Source of the DNA: Candidatus Latescibacterota bacterium
Lineage (GTDB): Bacteria; Latescibacterota; UBA2968; UBA8231
Direction: 5' to 3'
Assembly (NCBI GenBank): GCA_965206595.1
Contig: OZ242214.1
Coordinates: forward strand, 6,989,162 to 7,053,161
DNA: 64,000 bases
Shown here piece after piece: positions 27,535-38,018 of this stretch. Below the pieces are notes generated by a model. It searched no databases, was not told where the DNA came from, and was given only the letters and a program-made list of their open reading frames with translations. The first letter of the stretch is position 1, and each line of letters starts with the position of its first letter. The position numbers and the translations under genes were made by a program.

Positions 27535-27740
27535 TTCGACAACGATGCCTTTATGCGGCCCCAGGTATCGGATTCAACCGTGGCTTCCGACGAGTCAGCA
27601 GGTAAAAGCAGACCGTCCAGGAAAAAATCTGCCCGCCTATGATTCAAGTCTATTATGGGATCTTCGGTTTGAATTGCTTCCGGGGTCAGGTATCTGACCT
27701 GGAAATCGTCAATGTCATACACCGCAATCCCGAACCCGAT
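27531..27740 (-). pseudogene. 3' remnant of a paralog of 25707-26553 (TVESDTWGRIK tail), cut by IS256
   Basis: IGFGIAVYDID...FFLDGLLL...ATVESDTWGRIKASLSK. Confidence 0.7.
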
Positions 27741-29052
27741 GGGAGCTACCTTCAAAAGGTGTGGAAAAAGAGAAAAGGCGACCCTAACCTTCCATTTTAC
27801 AGTTCCAACCAAAACCGCCCGGTAGCCTCCGGGCACGGAAGGAGAGAGTCGCCATGAGAGAATCTACGCTGGAATCTGTAGCCCCGGCCATGCCCACGTT
27901 CGCCACGTTGGAGACCTGGGCCCGATCCTCGATCCAGGATCTGTTGCAACGGGTTCCGGAGGAGGAGGTGACGGAGTTTCTGGGACGGACGCGCTACCGG
28001 CGACGGTCCGCCGTAGACGGCACTCCCGGCTCCCGCAACGGGCACGGCAAACCGCGACAGGTGTCGTTGATGTCGGGCACCATCGAGGTGAGACGGCCGC
28101 GCGTTCGGGGATTGGAAGAGCGCTTCGAGAGTCGTATTCTGCCGCTGTTCATGCGCCGTACCCACGAGGTGACCCGGATGCTGCCCGAGCTCTACCTGCA
28201 CGGGCTGTCTCAGGGTGACTTCGAACGGGCTTTGCGGGGGCTTTTGGGCAACGGCGCTCCCCTGTCGGCTTCGTCCATTGGCCGGCTGCGGGCGCAGTGG
28301 GAGGAGGAGCTGGAGACTTGGCGAGAGCGACGTCTCGACGACCGCGAACTGGTGTATGCGTGGGCGGATGGCATCTACGTCAAGGCCGGGTTGGAGAAGG
28401 ACAAGGCGGCCCTGCTGGTCGTCATCGGCGCCCTGAGTGATGGCCGGAAAGAGGTACTGGCCGTGTGGCCCGGCCACCGCGAGTCGACGGAGTCCTGGCT
28501 GAAGGTCCTGCGCGACCTGCGCGATCGGGGTCTGCGGGCCCCGCTGCTGTTGATGGCCGACGGGGGCCTCCCAATTTGGAGCGCCACCGAACAGGTGTGG
28601 CCGCAGGCATCGCACCAGCGCTGCTGGAATCACAAGATCCTCAACGTGCTCGATGACCTGCCGAAGCGGGTTCAGGGAAAAGCGCGGGCGTTGTTGACGC
28701 AGATCCCTTCGGCGGAGACGCGCCAGGAGGCCGAGAACCGACGTAGCACGTTTGCCCGCCGCTACCGCGACCGGTATCCGCAGGCGGTAGCCACCCTCGA
28801 ACGCGACTGGAAGCGCATGGTCACCTTCTACGACTTTCCCAGGGAGCACTGGAAACACCTGCGCACAACCAATCCGGTCGAGAGCCCCTTTGCGTCGCTA
28901 CGCTTGAGGACCAATGCCGGAAAACGTTACAAACGCGTCCAGGGAGCAACCGCTCTGATTTGGCGCGTGTTGATGGTGGCAGAAAAACGCTTTCGAAAAC
29001 TCAATGCGCCCGAATTACTGCCCCTCGTCTACGCCGGACAACAATACCAGGT
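27741..29052 (+). mobile_element. IS256-family element, right end removed by ISKra4
   Basis: Probable left end GGGAGCTACCTTCAAAAGGTGTGG; transposase runs into the ISKra4 IR. Confidence 0.75.
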
Positions 29053-29113
29053 GGGCGTCTTAAGTAATTGTCATAGCGCAATTCAGGTGGCGTATGTGTA
29101 TATTTTACAGTAA
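27854..29113 (+). CDS. IS256-family (Mutator) transposase; last ~20 aa derive from ISKra4
   Basis: RNG.GKPR, LYLHGLSQGDF, WADGIY, QRCWNHK, LRTTNPVESPF. Confidence 0.9.
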   Translation: MRESTLESVAPAMPTFATLETWARSSIQDLLQRVPEEEVTEFLGRTRYRRRSAVDGTPGSRNGHGKPRQVSLMSGTIEVRRPRVRGLEERFESRILPLFMRRTHEVTRMLPELYLHGLSQGDFERALRGLLGNGAPLSASSIGRLRAQWEEELETWRERRLDDRELVYAWADGIYVKAGLEKDKAALLVVIGALSDGRKEVLAVWPGHRESTESWLKVLRDLRDRGLRAPLLLMADGGLPIWSATEQVWPQASHQRCWNHKILNVLDDLPKRVQGKARALLTQIPSAETRQEAENRRSTFARRYRDRYPQAVATLERDWKRMVTFYDFPREHWKHLRTTNPVESPFASLRLRTNAGKRYKRVQGATALIWRVLMVAEKRFRKLNAPELLPLVYAGQQYQVGVLSNCHSAIQVAYVYILQ

Positions 29114-30630
29114 GTTGCTTTCTTTTGCCGCATCCCCTGCGGCGCGCTCCCCTGATTTCAGAAAGAAGGGGAGCGATGAGTGCGATTCTCTCTCTGGAAG
29201 TTTTTCAGGAGCGGCAGAGTCAGGACCGCTTTCGAAGCCGGGCGCATGAAGCCTTGGACCAATGGCTGGATCGGGTGGAGGCGCAAATGAGCGCGCGCGG
29301 ATCTTGTGCGCCGACGTTGATGGAGATCACCGCGGCGATGTCTCAAGAGCGCTCCGGGCTCCCCGCGGCCTTGGTGGAAGCCTTCGTCGAACGCCGCCAC
29401 GGCCATTTCCTGGCCCAGGAAGAGGCGGCCTGCCCCAAGTGCAAAGGCCTGCTGCGAGCGCGCCCGTCTCGCTCGCGCACGCAGGAGACGCTGCTCGGGC
29501 CGGTGACCTTGGAGCGTCCCTATTTCTACTGCGTTGGCTGTCAGTACGGGTTCTATCCGCTGGACGAAGCTCTCGGTCTGTCGGCGCAGCGCAAGCAGTG
29601 GGACGTGCAGCAGGCCGGGGTCAAGCTGGGGCTGGAGATGCCCCACCGGCGCGCCGCCGAACTGTTGGACGAGCTCACCGACGCGTCGATGAGCGATTGT
29701 GTGATTCACGAGGTGCTGCAACAGACCGGGTCGTTGGACGTGCTGCAGGTGTGTCCGGACGCGGCCGACATCCAGGATCGCATTGCGCACGCCGCCGCCG
29801 GTCGCAAGTGGCGGCCCATCGTGGTGTTGGCCATCGACTAAGGCCGACGTGCCCCGTCGTCCCCAGACCGCCAAAGGCACCCGTCCCGGACGCAAGAAGA
29901 GCCGGTCTCGGCGAAGGCGTTGGCAGGGGGAATACCACGAAGCCAAGGGCTTTCGCTTCTACCTGATAGACGATGAGCGCATCGAGCAGCTGATCTCCTG
30001 GCACCAGATGGGCAACGAACAGGCCTTCGGCGCGGCCTTGCGCCAGGTCAAGGAGGCGGGGCTGATCCCGGAGGATCAGGTGCGCTTGTGTGCCATCGGA
30101 GATGGCGCTCCGTGGATCTGGAAGGGGGTGGAAGAGCTGTTCCCCGGCGCCCGTCAGATCCTCGACTACTCCCATTGCAGCCGCTACCTGCACGCGGTGG
30201 CCGAGGCCCAATACGGCGCCGATGCGGCGCGTGCTGCCCATTGGCTGGAAGCGACCTTGGCTTTGCCTGTTCTGCGGCGAGGGCACCGGCGTGGTCTGGG
30301 GGCTGCAGCGCATGCAGCCGCTCTCGGAAGAGGCCGGAGAGGCCATCGGCACGGCCTTGACCTACCTGCAAAAGCGACTGCACCAAGTCGATTTCGGCAG
30401 CCATCGCAAGGGGGGATACCCGATCGGGTCGGGGGCGATCGAATCGGCGCATCGCTTCATCGGCCATGTTCGTCTGAAACGGTCGGGCGCTTGGTGGTAT
30501 AAGGAAAACAGCAACGCCATTCTGGCCCTGCGCTGCGCCTTGTACAATGGAACGCTTGACCGGGTCTTTCAGCAGTACCGAGAAAACCTGAAAACAACCA
30601 CCGAAACCGTAACAATCAGCTAAGACACCC
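29053..30630 (+). mobile_element. ISKra4-family element
   Basis: Imperfect IRs GGGCGTCTTAAGTAATTGT / ACAATCAGCTAAGACACCC; no TSD. Confidence 0.8.
29176..30623 (+). pseudogene. ISKra4-family transposase with two frame disruptions (~29840, ~30262)
   Basis: CPKC..YFYC..C zinc motif, IGDGAPWIW, ILDYSH, GYPIGSGAIESA over three frames. Confidence 0.85.
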
Positions 30631-31639
30631 GGATCGAACCATCGTCGATACCGCCCCTCCGACCGCAGAACAAATGAAGTTCCCTGGAACCACTGATAAC
30701 CCAAACCGAACCCGGCGGAGTAATTGGAATAGCCGATATCGAGAGGAGCACCAGAATGAGCCGTGACTGCCCAAGCGCCTAGTCCTAGCATGTAAGGGCC
30801 AGGCATCGAGTTGCTTTTCGGAAAGAACGCACTCCGACATCCCAGATAGAAGGTGGTGTCGGACAAATCGTAATCATCATCGTCATCATACCCATAATCT
30901 ATTGAAATTCGCCCAAAACTGAACTCGGGTCCGAGAGTTACTTTCTCACTCGGAAACCACGAAACCGACAGCGATGGAACAATGGAGGGGAAATAGATAA
31001 TTGGTGGAACTGGCACTCCGATCATCGTGACACTTCCGCCGTCAGAAGAAAGGCGGGAGAGCCCGAACAGGGTTCCGATCTCAACCTCTTGAGTCGGTGC
31101 TTTCCTGTCACTGTCAGTGTCCAAGCGCTGTTCCCTGGTGCCCAATCCAAAGATAAGGGAGAAATCATGAACCTCTCCCTCAAACTGCCGTCGATACTGT
31201 CCTTCCAGCCGCAGCGAAAAAGCAGGCCCCTGCCGCCACTGATTGCCTAGGCCGAATCCGGCGATAAACTCAGTATGGGATCTTTCACCATGTTTTGTGA
31301 CTCCTATAGCCCCCAGTCCCAGAATGTAGAGACCGGACATTGAGCTGCCTTGCGGGAAAAATGCTCCCCGACCGGCAAGGTAGCTATAAGAAGCAACTTC
31401 ACTATTTGAACTTCGTCCAATAGCGACTTCCGGGCCAAGTGCCAGCTGTTCAATGGGAGACCACGAAAGGTAAAGCGAAGAAATAGAAATATTGAGGCCA
31501 CGGTAACCTGGACTCGGTACCCCGAGCACATTGGCGCTCCAGCCAATATCATGGGAAAGGTGGGAGAACCCGAACAGCGTTCCAACCTCAATTTTCGGAG
31601 AAAGACCAACCGGGACCTGACTATAGCCCCGCTGCGCTA

Positions 31640-32805
31640 GTGTCCTGTCGTGTAATTAACTGTACAAACAATTGAAGGTGCCGTAGGTTTCTCTTATCCC
31701 CTTTCTGAAAGGAGAGACCTATGGTGACGGGGCGTCCATTACCGCCGTTAGAGCTGAGTCCGTCGGACCGGGAACGATTGGAATCGATGGCCAAATCCCG
31801 GAGCCTTTCCCACGGGTTGGTGCGGCGAGCCGAGATTAGTCTGCTGGCCGCAGAAGGCTGGCCCAATGAAGCCGTCGCCGCCGCCGTGGGTGTGACGCGT
31901 GCTACGGTCGGCAAGTGGCGCCGGCGCTTTCTCGAAAACGGGCTCCAGGGCTTGCATGATGAGCTGCGCTCAGGGGCGCCACGATCGAGTACGGATGAAC
32001 AGGTAGCCGAGGTGGTATACAAGACCCTGAAGACCAAGCCCAAAGACGAAACACAGTGGTCGGTGCGCTCCATGGGCGAAGAAACCGGCTTGACCAAGGA
32101 CGCGGTTCATCGCATTTGGCGCACGTATGGTTTGCAGCCCCATCGACACAAGCACTTCACGCTTTCCACCGATCCTTTCTTTGTCGACAAAGTACGGGAT
32201 ATCGTCGGCTTGTACCTGAATCCCCCCGAGCACGCCCTGGTGCTGTGCGTCGACGAGAAGAGCCGGATCCAGGCGTTGGAACGAAGTCAGCCCATGCTGC
32301 CCCTGGGACTGGGATACGTGGAAGGGATTACGCACGATTACAAGCGCCATGGCACCACCACCCTGTTCGCCGCCTTGGACGTAGCCACCGGGGAAGTGAT
32401 GACCCAGTGCAAGCCCCGTCATCGTCACCAGGAGTTCCTTCAGTTCCTGCGCCACATCGAGGCCCACGTCCCCGCTGACCTCGATATTCATCTCGTCGTC
32501 GACAACTACGCCACGCATAAGCAGGCCAAGGTCAAGCGATGGCTGGCACGGCGTCCCCGATTTCACGTTCACTACACCCCCACCTATGCTTCGTGGCTCA
32601 ATCAGGTGGAGATCTGGTTCAATATCCTTACCCGCCAGGCGGTTCGGCGCGATTCGTTCCGCAAGGTGTCGGAGCTCATCGAGCGCATCGAACGCTACAC
32701 GGCAAATGGAACGCCAACGCACACCCTTTCGTGTGGACGGCTACGGCCGATTCCATCCTCGCGAAAATCAAGAGACTTTGCGAACGAATCTCTGCGACAC
32801 AACAC
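31640..32805 (+). mobile_element. IS630-family element with TA target duplication
   Basis: TA|GTGTCCTGTCG ... CGACACAACAC|TA. Confidence 0.9.
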
Positions 32806-32808
32806 TAG
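31721..32808 (+). pseudogene. IS630 transposase with frameshift near C-terminus (~32700)
   Basis: [39 protein letters not shown]; canonical tail [12 protein letters not shown] in another frame. Confidence 0.85.
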
Positions 32809-33431
32809 CCCGGAATCTGCTTTCGAACTGTGAAGGGCGGATCCAGGGGCAGGTGCATCGTCAGCCGCTTCGACCTCCCTGTCCTCGGTGGCACTGTCGC
32901 GATTCTCCGGTCCCTCGGTTGATGATTGCTCCTCGCGGAAAATCCTTTCGGTCGTGGGAATACCGATCCCCTCCACCTCCCTGCTGGAGCGCGATCCTAC
33001 CAGGACCAGTGTTAGAATGCGGTCCAGCGCAATCTGCTCCCTCGGACCATCTCGTCCCCGGGAAAGGGTTAATGTCTCCGAGCCGCAGGCTTGAATGTAG
33101 CCTCGCGTGGTAAGCAGCTGTTCCCAATCCCCGGTGACAGGATTCGGCTCCCCCCGCCCATGGATGACCACTGCAAAGGCACCCACTTCAACCGTGCTGC
33201 CGTCGATCTCGCCGGCTTCCAGAATCGTCCCCGCCTGTACCCTCTCGGCTGGATCACCGGCCGAATCCGCGTGCCCACGGTCTGCCGAGGCCGACAGAAC
33301 TGCTGCGAGCAGGAAGCGGATCACTGTTTCGCGCAACGTCATCTCCACCCTGACCCTTGCATGAGACGAGATGAGAGAAATAAACCGGTTTCGAAAGTCC
33401 CGCCTCAGATGTCCCGGTGATGCCCTGGGGC

Positions 33432-35141
33432 TCAGGCGAAGTCGGATCGCCAGAGATGAACCGCCCGCGCAGCAAGGCGACTTTGACGCTCGTTCAGCAG
33501 CTCCGGGGTCCATTCCTCGGGGGCCATCTGCTGGATCTGCCGGGTGAGGGCATAGGTACTTCCCCCGTAGGCCTCCAGCTTGTCGCGATACCCGGCGTTG
33601 CCGACGCGCCGGTTAAGGGCCGACTCGAGCAGGGCAAGGTTTCCGAGCCGGTACGCCGAGGCTTCCCACATCGCGGGATCGAAGACCTTTCCCCATGCAT
33701 CCGAGGGATTTTCCGGAAGGACGTGCTCGATGGTGCCGGGGTCGGTATCGGGATCGCAAGCTTTACCTGCCGCGTCCTGTTCAAGTCGAGCGAGGATATA
33801 CCTGGCCAACTTCCTCTGCCTGCCGCTGGTCCCGACGGCCAGGCCGGCAAAATCCTGCCGCATCTTCTCATCCGCCACGTAGATCGGTCTCAGGCGCTCG
33901 AACACTTCGGCGGGAGTGGTCGCCGCTCCATCCTTGACAGGCTTTGCCGCCTCATGGAACGCGGCTTCCAGGGCGCTCGGGTTGAGGCCGCTGACCACCG
34001 TGTATCGAAATGACACCACGCTGACGACCCGCAATACGCGGACGAAGTCCCCGGGTGAGAACGATTCCCAGGCAGTAAACAACAGCGGCATCATCTGGCG
34101 TACGCGGAACAGGCTGAGCTCGCGGATGTAGGGCTTGGCGTCCGGCAGCTCCACCCAATAGGCATGGTTCGGATCGGAGACCGCAACGAACAGCTCGGCG
34201 CGCCTCTCGAGCTCCTCGAGCAGCTCGAATACGTCGTCAGGAGTCGTAGTCCGGTCTCGCACCAGCTTGAACAGCCGTTGGCTGCGCACCCTCGGCAGCT
34301 CACAGAGCAGGTGGTATCGAAGCAGCTCCGGGAACCGCTCCTGCTCCACGGTGTCGACGAGCCAGCGCCAGCGGCGCTGGAGCGCCTCGAGGTCGGCGGC
34401 GACGCGAACCCGCGAGAACAGATAGTTCTTCAGCAGGTCGGTGGTGGTCAGCTCCAGGCCGCGGGCATTGAGCGTCTCGAACACCGTGTAGGCGTTCAGT
34501 TCATCGTCGACCGTGATCAGTATGAACAGCAGTTGCCGCGCTATGGTTTCGGAGAGCAGACTCGCCAGGGCTCTCCCGTCCCGCTCCAGATCAGGCAGCT
34601 TTTGAAGGCGGTTCTTGAAGGTGCGAAAGCACTGCCACAGGAGCCGGTTCGATTTCGGCAAGCCCCTCGGGTTTCGCGGCTCCCTGATCTGTACCAGGTA
34701 TTCCTGATAGAAGTCGTTGTCGGTCTCGTTCAGGTACAGCCGGCCGCTCTCGATGAGCGACGCCGGATCCTTTTCTCCGATAAATCGGTTGCGCAGCTCC
34801 TGCGCTCGTTCGCTGTTGGGGCTGGCATCGATCCCCCCGTCCGCCATGGTGCGCAGCTGGGCGATCACTGCCAGGGCCAGCACGCTTAGAGTGGCGAGCC
34901 GCTGCTGGCCGTCGATGATCAGGAACTCCCGGTCACCCCTCTCCTCCACCACCAGGGCGCCGAGATAGTGGCGTTCGTCCGGATCCTTGCGCAGATCCAT
35001 CAGGTCGTTCCACAGGTCCTCCCATTGCTCCTCCGACCAGGAGTAGTCGCGCTGGTACGGAGGCACGCGATACTGTTTGCCGTTGCCGATCAACTCCAAG
35101 TAGTTGATCGTCCGCGTGTTCAATACGTTGCTTCTCGCCAT
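33432..35141 (-). CDS. GmrSD-like DUF262/DUF1524 modification-dependent (type IV) restriction protein
   Basis: PPYQRDYSW, IIDGQQRL, FETLNARG, IEHVLP...RLGNLALL..LN. Confidence 0.88.
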   Translation of the reverse strand: MARSNVLNTRTINYLELIGNGKQYRVPPYQRDYSWSEEQWEDLWNDLMDLRKDPDERHYLGALVVEERGDREFLIIDGQQRLATLSVLALAVIAQLRTMADGGIDASPNSERAQELRNRFIGEKDPASLIESGRLYLNETDNDFYQEYLVQIREPRNPRGLPKSNRLLWQCFRTFKNRLQKLPDLERDGRALASLLSETIARQLLFILITVDDELNAYTVFETLNARGLELTTTDLLKNYLFSRVRVAADLEALQRRWRWLVDTVEQERFPELLRYHLLCELPRVRSQRLFKLVRDRTTTPDDVFELLEELERRAELFVAVSDPNHAYWVELPDAKPYIRELSLFRVRQMMPLLFTAWESFSPGDFVRVLRVVSVVSFRYTVVSGLNPSALEAAFHEAAKPVKDGAATTPAEVFERLRPIYVADEKMRQDFAGLAVGTSGRQRKLARYILARLEQDAAGKACDPDTDPGTIEHVLPENPSDAWGKVFDPAMWEASAYRLGNLALLESALNRRVGNAGYRDKLEAYGGSTYALTRQIQQMAPEEWTPELLNERQSRLAARAVHLWRSDFA

Positions 35142-35239
35142 CGCTGGTTTGGGAGGGCCTTGGGTGTCAGGATGTATCAGGAAAGATAAGGCACTTTTTG
35201 GAGCCTCTTTCTAAGGAACCCGGGGCAAGGGCCAGGGCA

Positions 35240-35526
35240 GCCGTCGGCAACATCAAGGTGCTGATCATGAGCCGCGCCACCTACGACTGGTCCGACGAGC
35301 AGTTCCGCGCCGTCGGCATCGACCCGGCCGCGGCGAAGTTCATCGTCGCCAAAAACCCGATGAACTACCGCCTCGCCTACGGGGGGATCGCCAGGGGAAT
35401 GATCGTTCTCGACACCCGGGGCCGACTCCGGCGACCCTCAGGCACGTGCGGTTCAGGAAATTGAAGCGCCCTTACTTCCCCGCGGACCCCGAGGCGCCTG
35501 GGATGGAGCCCACAATTCTCAGCTGA
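35240..35526 (+). pseudogene. MlrC/M81 metallopeptidase C-terminal remnant
   Basis: FRAVGIDPAAAKFIVAK...LDT then shifted frame PTPATL..LKRPYFP. Confidence 0.6.
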
Positions 35527-35789
35527 GAAGGGTCTGCGTCAGGTATTGCGGAGGGTAACTGGTGGAGAGCAACGCCGGTTTCACAGGGGGCATCCGTTAA
35601 GGCGCTGCAAGGAAGCGCTTCGGGCAGAGTGGCCGGCCGGGGAGAACTCGAGGCGGCGACCTCCTGCCCTGTTGGGACGCCGCAACTTCGGATGTCAGGA
35701 TAAAATCAGGCCCAGTTTCGGCCATCGGTTCGGTTACATCGGCACGACCGGAGCCGTGCGTCTGGGTATCCGTTTCTGAAAATGAACGC

Positions 35790-35829
35790 AAAAAAACGCC
35801 GGTACCTGCCCGGAGGGGCAAGTACCGGC
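35790..35829 (-). terminator. Intrinsic terminator of 35883-36524
   Basis: Stem GCCGGTACCTGCCC/GGGCAAGTACCGGC with an A-run on + (U-run on - strand). Confidence 0.65.
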
Positions 35830-35882
35830 TGAAGCGATCGCGAAGGTAGTCCCGGATCAATCCGGCGGAGCCGGAAGCATGC

Positions 35883-36524
35883 TCACTGACGCCAATTCGC
35901 TTTCAGACCCCCCCAGGTCGTCCCGGCCACGGCAGTGTCGGCGTCGACGCGCTGGAATTGCATGGTCTCTTCTCCCCCGTCCTCCGTGGGAGAGGTGATG
36001 GACAGGGTGTCACCCTCGATGGCGTAGGTCACGTCCTGCTCGGAAAATCCGGCGAGGAACTGGTCCTCGTCCATCCCGGCGAGGAACTCGTCGACAAAGT
36101 TCTGCTCGAAGGCCGGGTAGTCCTCCTCGGAGACTCCGGCAAAGTCCGCTGCAAAACGGGCCAGGGCGCGGGCGACCTCGGCGAGGACCTCGAAGAAGTC
36201 CCGGTCGCCGACGCGTATTTCCACCTCGGTGATGTCGACCGAGAGCTTGTCGCCGTCGACCTCGTAGGTGCCGATGCCCTGGATGGTGACCTCCTCCACG
36301 GGTATTTCCGTGTTTTCGACAACGGACTGGAAGTCTTCTCCCAGCTCGACGACCTGGTTGAGCTCGAAGGCGCCATCCTCCTCAAAGGACAGGCGCATGG
36401 TGATCGCGTTGCCTTCCTCGTCCACGAAGCTCCCCTCCCAGGTGCCCTGGAGGGCCTCTTCCTGGGCGGAGAGGGGTAGGACGAGAAGGCCGAGGAAAAC
36501 GAGTGATGACAGGATCCGGCGCAT
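35883..36524 (-). CDS. Secreted acidic lipocalin-like hypothetical protein with TAVAGTTWGGLK tail
   Basis: RBS AGGAGG; signal MRRILSSLVFLGLLVLPLSA; LQGTW...F.EDG.F...GTYEVDGDKL. Confidence 0.75.
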   Translation of the reverse strand: MRRILSSLVFLGLLVLPLSAQEEALQGTWEGSFVDEEGNAITMRLSFEEDGAFELNQVVELGEDFQSVVENTEIPVEEVTIQGIGTYEVDGDKLSVDITEVEIRVGDRDFFEVLAEVARALARFAADFAGVSEEDYPAFEQNFVDEFLAGMDEDQFLAGFSEQDVTYAIEGDTLSITSPTEDGGEETMQFQRVDADTAVAGTTWGGLKANWRQ

Positions 36525-36772
36525 GAGGCACCTCCTGGTTTGTTGGTGAATGAAAAGGGCAATGTCGGCGAACTGCATTTCACTTCCGCGATTTTCAACC
36601 GTCGGACCTTATAAATCTACGACGTATCCATCGGTTATGGGTTCCTCGGTCATTCGCCGAACGCGGTTGAGCCCTTGGGCGGCGGCAACCACGGATTCAT
36701 GCGGCTTTGTCTCAGTCGTGAGCTTCCTTGTCGCGTCCGATACATGGCGGACATGATTCTGCGCGCCGGCTC

Positions 36773-37948
36773 CTACGAGTGGTCGAGCTCCCAGATCGGG
36801 AAGTGGAAGGGAAACAGCCTGCCCAACAGGGCGGCGGCTCCCGCGGGCAGGTCCAGCGGGTCGCAGGAGGGATGGCCGCCGAAGATCAGCTGCACCATCT
36901 GCCGCGCGTTCAGGGCCACCCTGTCGGAAGCCGTACCGGAATCGAAGCGCACCTCGCCGTCGCGGAACCCAAGGGTAACCGCCTCGCCGGTGTCCGTGCA
37001 CTCCAGCGACACCGCCCCGGAGAGCCCCGCCGACCGTGAGCGCAGGTGGCTCTCGATGCTCCTCAGCAGCAGGCCCAGGCTGTTGATCCGCATCATCTGG
37101 GGGCCGACACCAGCGGCAAGCTCGACCGGCTTCCGCGAAAATCCCACATGGGTAGCGAGGAAGTCGTCCAGCACTGAGGGGGTCAGGTTCGTTATGGCCT
37201 GGACCGGGCCGTGGGTCCTCGCCGCCTCCGCCACCAGGGCTTCCACCGCGGCGGGGCTTCCGCCCGCCTCGATCAGGCCCGGTTTGTTCGTTCCCGACCC
37301 CACGCACAGATAGCCTGCCACCTCGCCGCCGGCCAGGGCCAGCCTCGTTTCGATCTTCGGCAGCGTCAGCAGGGCGGCGTACTCCTCCCTGGTGCGGGCG
37401 ACGCGGAAGGTTTCGGCGTCGTGGAAGCCGATGATGGCGTCGAGGTGTCCGGGACGGGCCGGATCGAAGGAGAGGATCTCGAAGCCGCCCCGGTCGAACA
37501 ACACCGCGTCGCCGGGCGCGAGGATGTACATCCACCCCTGGTTGTCCACCGCCTCCCACCCGGAGTGATGGTAGAAGGGGAAGGTGGCGTGCTGCGTCCA
37601 CAGCACCGACACGGGCCAGCCGTTCTCCTCCATGATGCGGACGCAGTCCCGAAGGCAGCGGGTGGCGTACCCCTTGTGGCGGTGGCTGGGATGGGTGACG
37701 GTGGGGCTGATGATGCCGGCGGTGAAGGAGTCCCCGCCTGCGACGATCCGGCGCGGGGCCACCGGGACGTGGGCGACCACTTGGCCGGCGACCTTGAGGA
37801 TGCGCATGTAGCCGAGCCCCTGCTGGTTGAAGATCAGGGGGTAGTCGGTGCGGATGTTCTGGTCCGAGTCGGGGCGGAAGGTGGCGTTGATCAGGGCGAT
37901 GGTCTCGTCGAACTCTTCCGGTCTGCAGGCGCGGGGTCCCTCGATCAT
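36773..37948 (-). CDS. GNAT-family N-acetyltransferase (Eis-like length)
   Basis: RBS GGAG + MIEGPRAC; VTHPSHRHKGYA; FYHHSGWE. Confidence 0.85.
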   Translation of the reverse strand: MIEGPRACRPEEFDETIALINATFRPDSDQNIRTDYPLIFNQQGLGYMRILKVAGQVVAHVPVAPRRIVAGGDSFTAGIISPTVTHPSHRHKGYATRCLRDCVRIMEENGWPVSVLWTQHATFPFYHHSGWEAVDNQGWMYILAPGDAVLFDRGGFEILSFDPARPGHLDAIIGFHDAETFRVARTREEYAALLTLPKIETRLALAGGEVAGYLCVGSGTNKPGLIEAGGSPAAVEALVAEAARTHGPVQAITNLTPSVLDDFLATHVGFSRKPVELAAGVGPQMMRINSLGLLLRSIESHLRSRSAGLSGAVSLECTDTGEAVTLGFRDGEVRFDSGTASDRVALNARQMVQLIFGGHPSCDPLDLPAGAAALLGRLFPFHFPIWELDHS

Positions 37949-38018
37949 GGGTTCTCCTTCTGGTTTCGATTGCGCCATCCGCAGTGGGGTCCACCGGGCC
38001 TGGTGCCGCGTGCGGGCA

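Larger units (their letters stand above)
30631..33342 (-). pseudogene. Secreted protein with two repeated small outer-membrane beta-barrel-like units; split by IS630, 3'-truncated by ISKra4
   Basis: Removing IS630 rejoins ...ADSG-LAQRGYSQ... in frame; repeats E[VI]GTLFG..AGFGLG.QW.QG..F.LR.EG.YRR.F. Confidence 0.75.
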
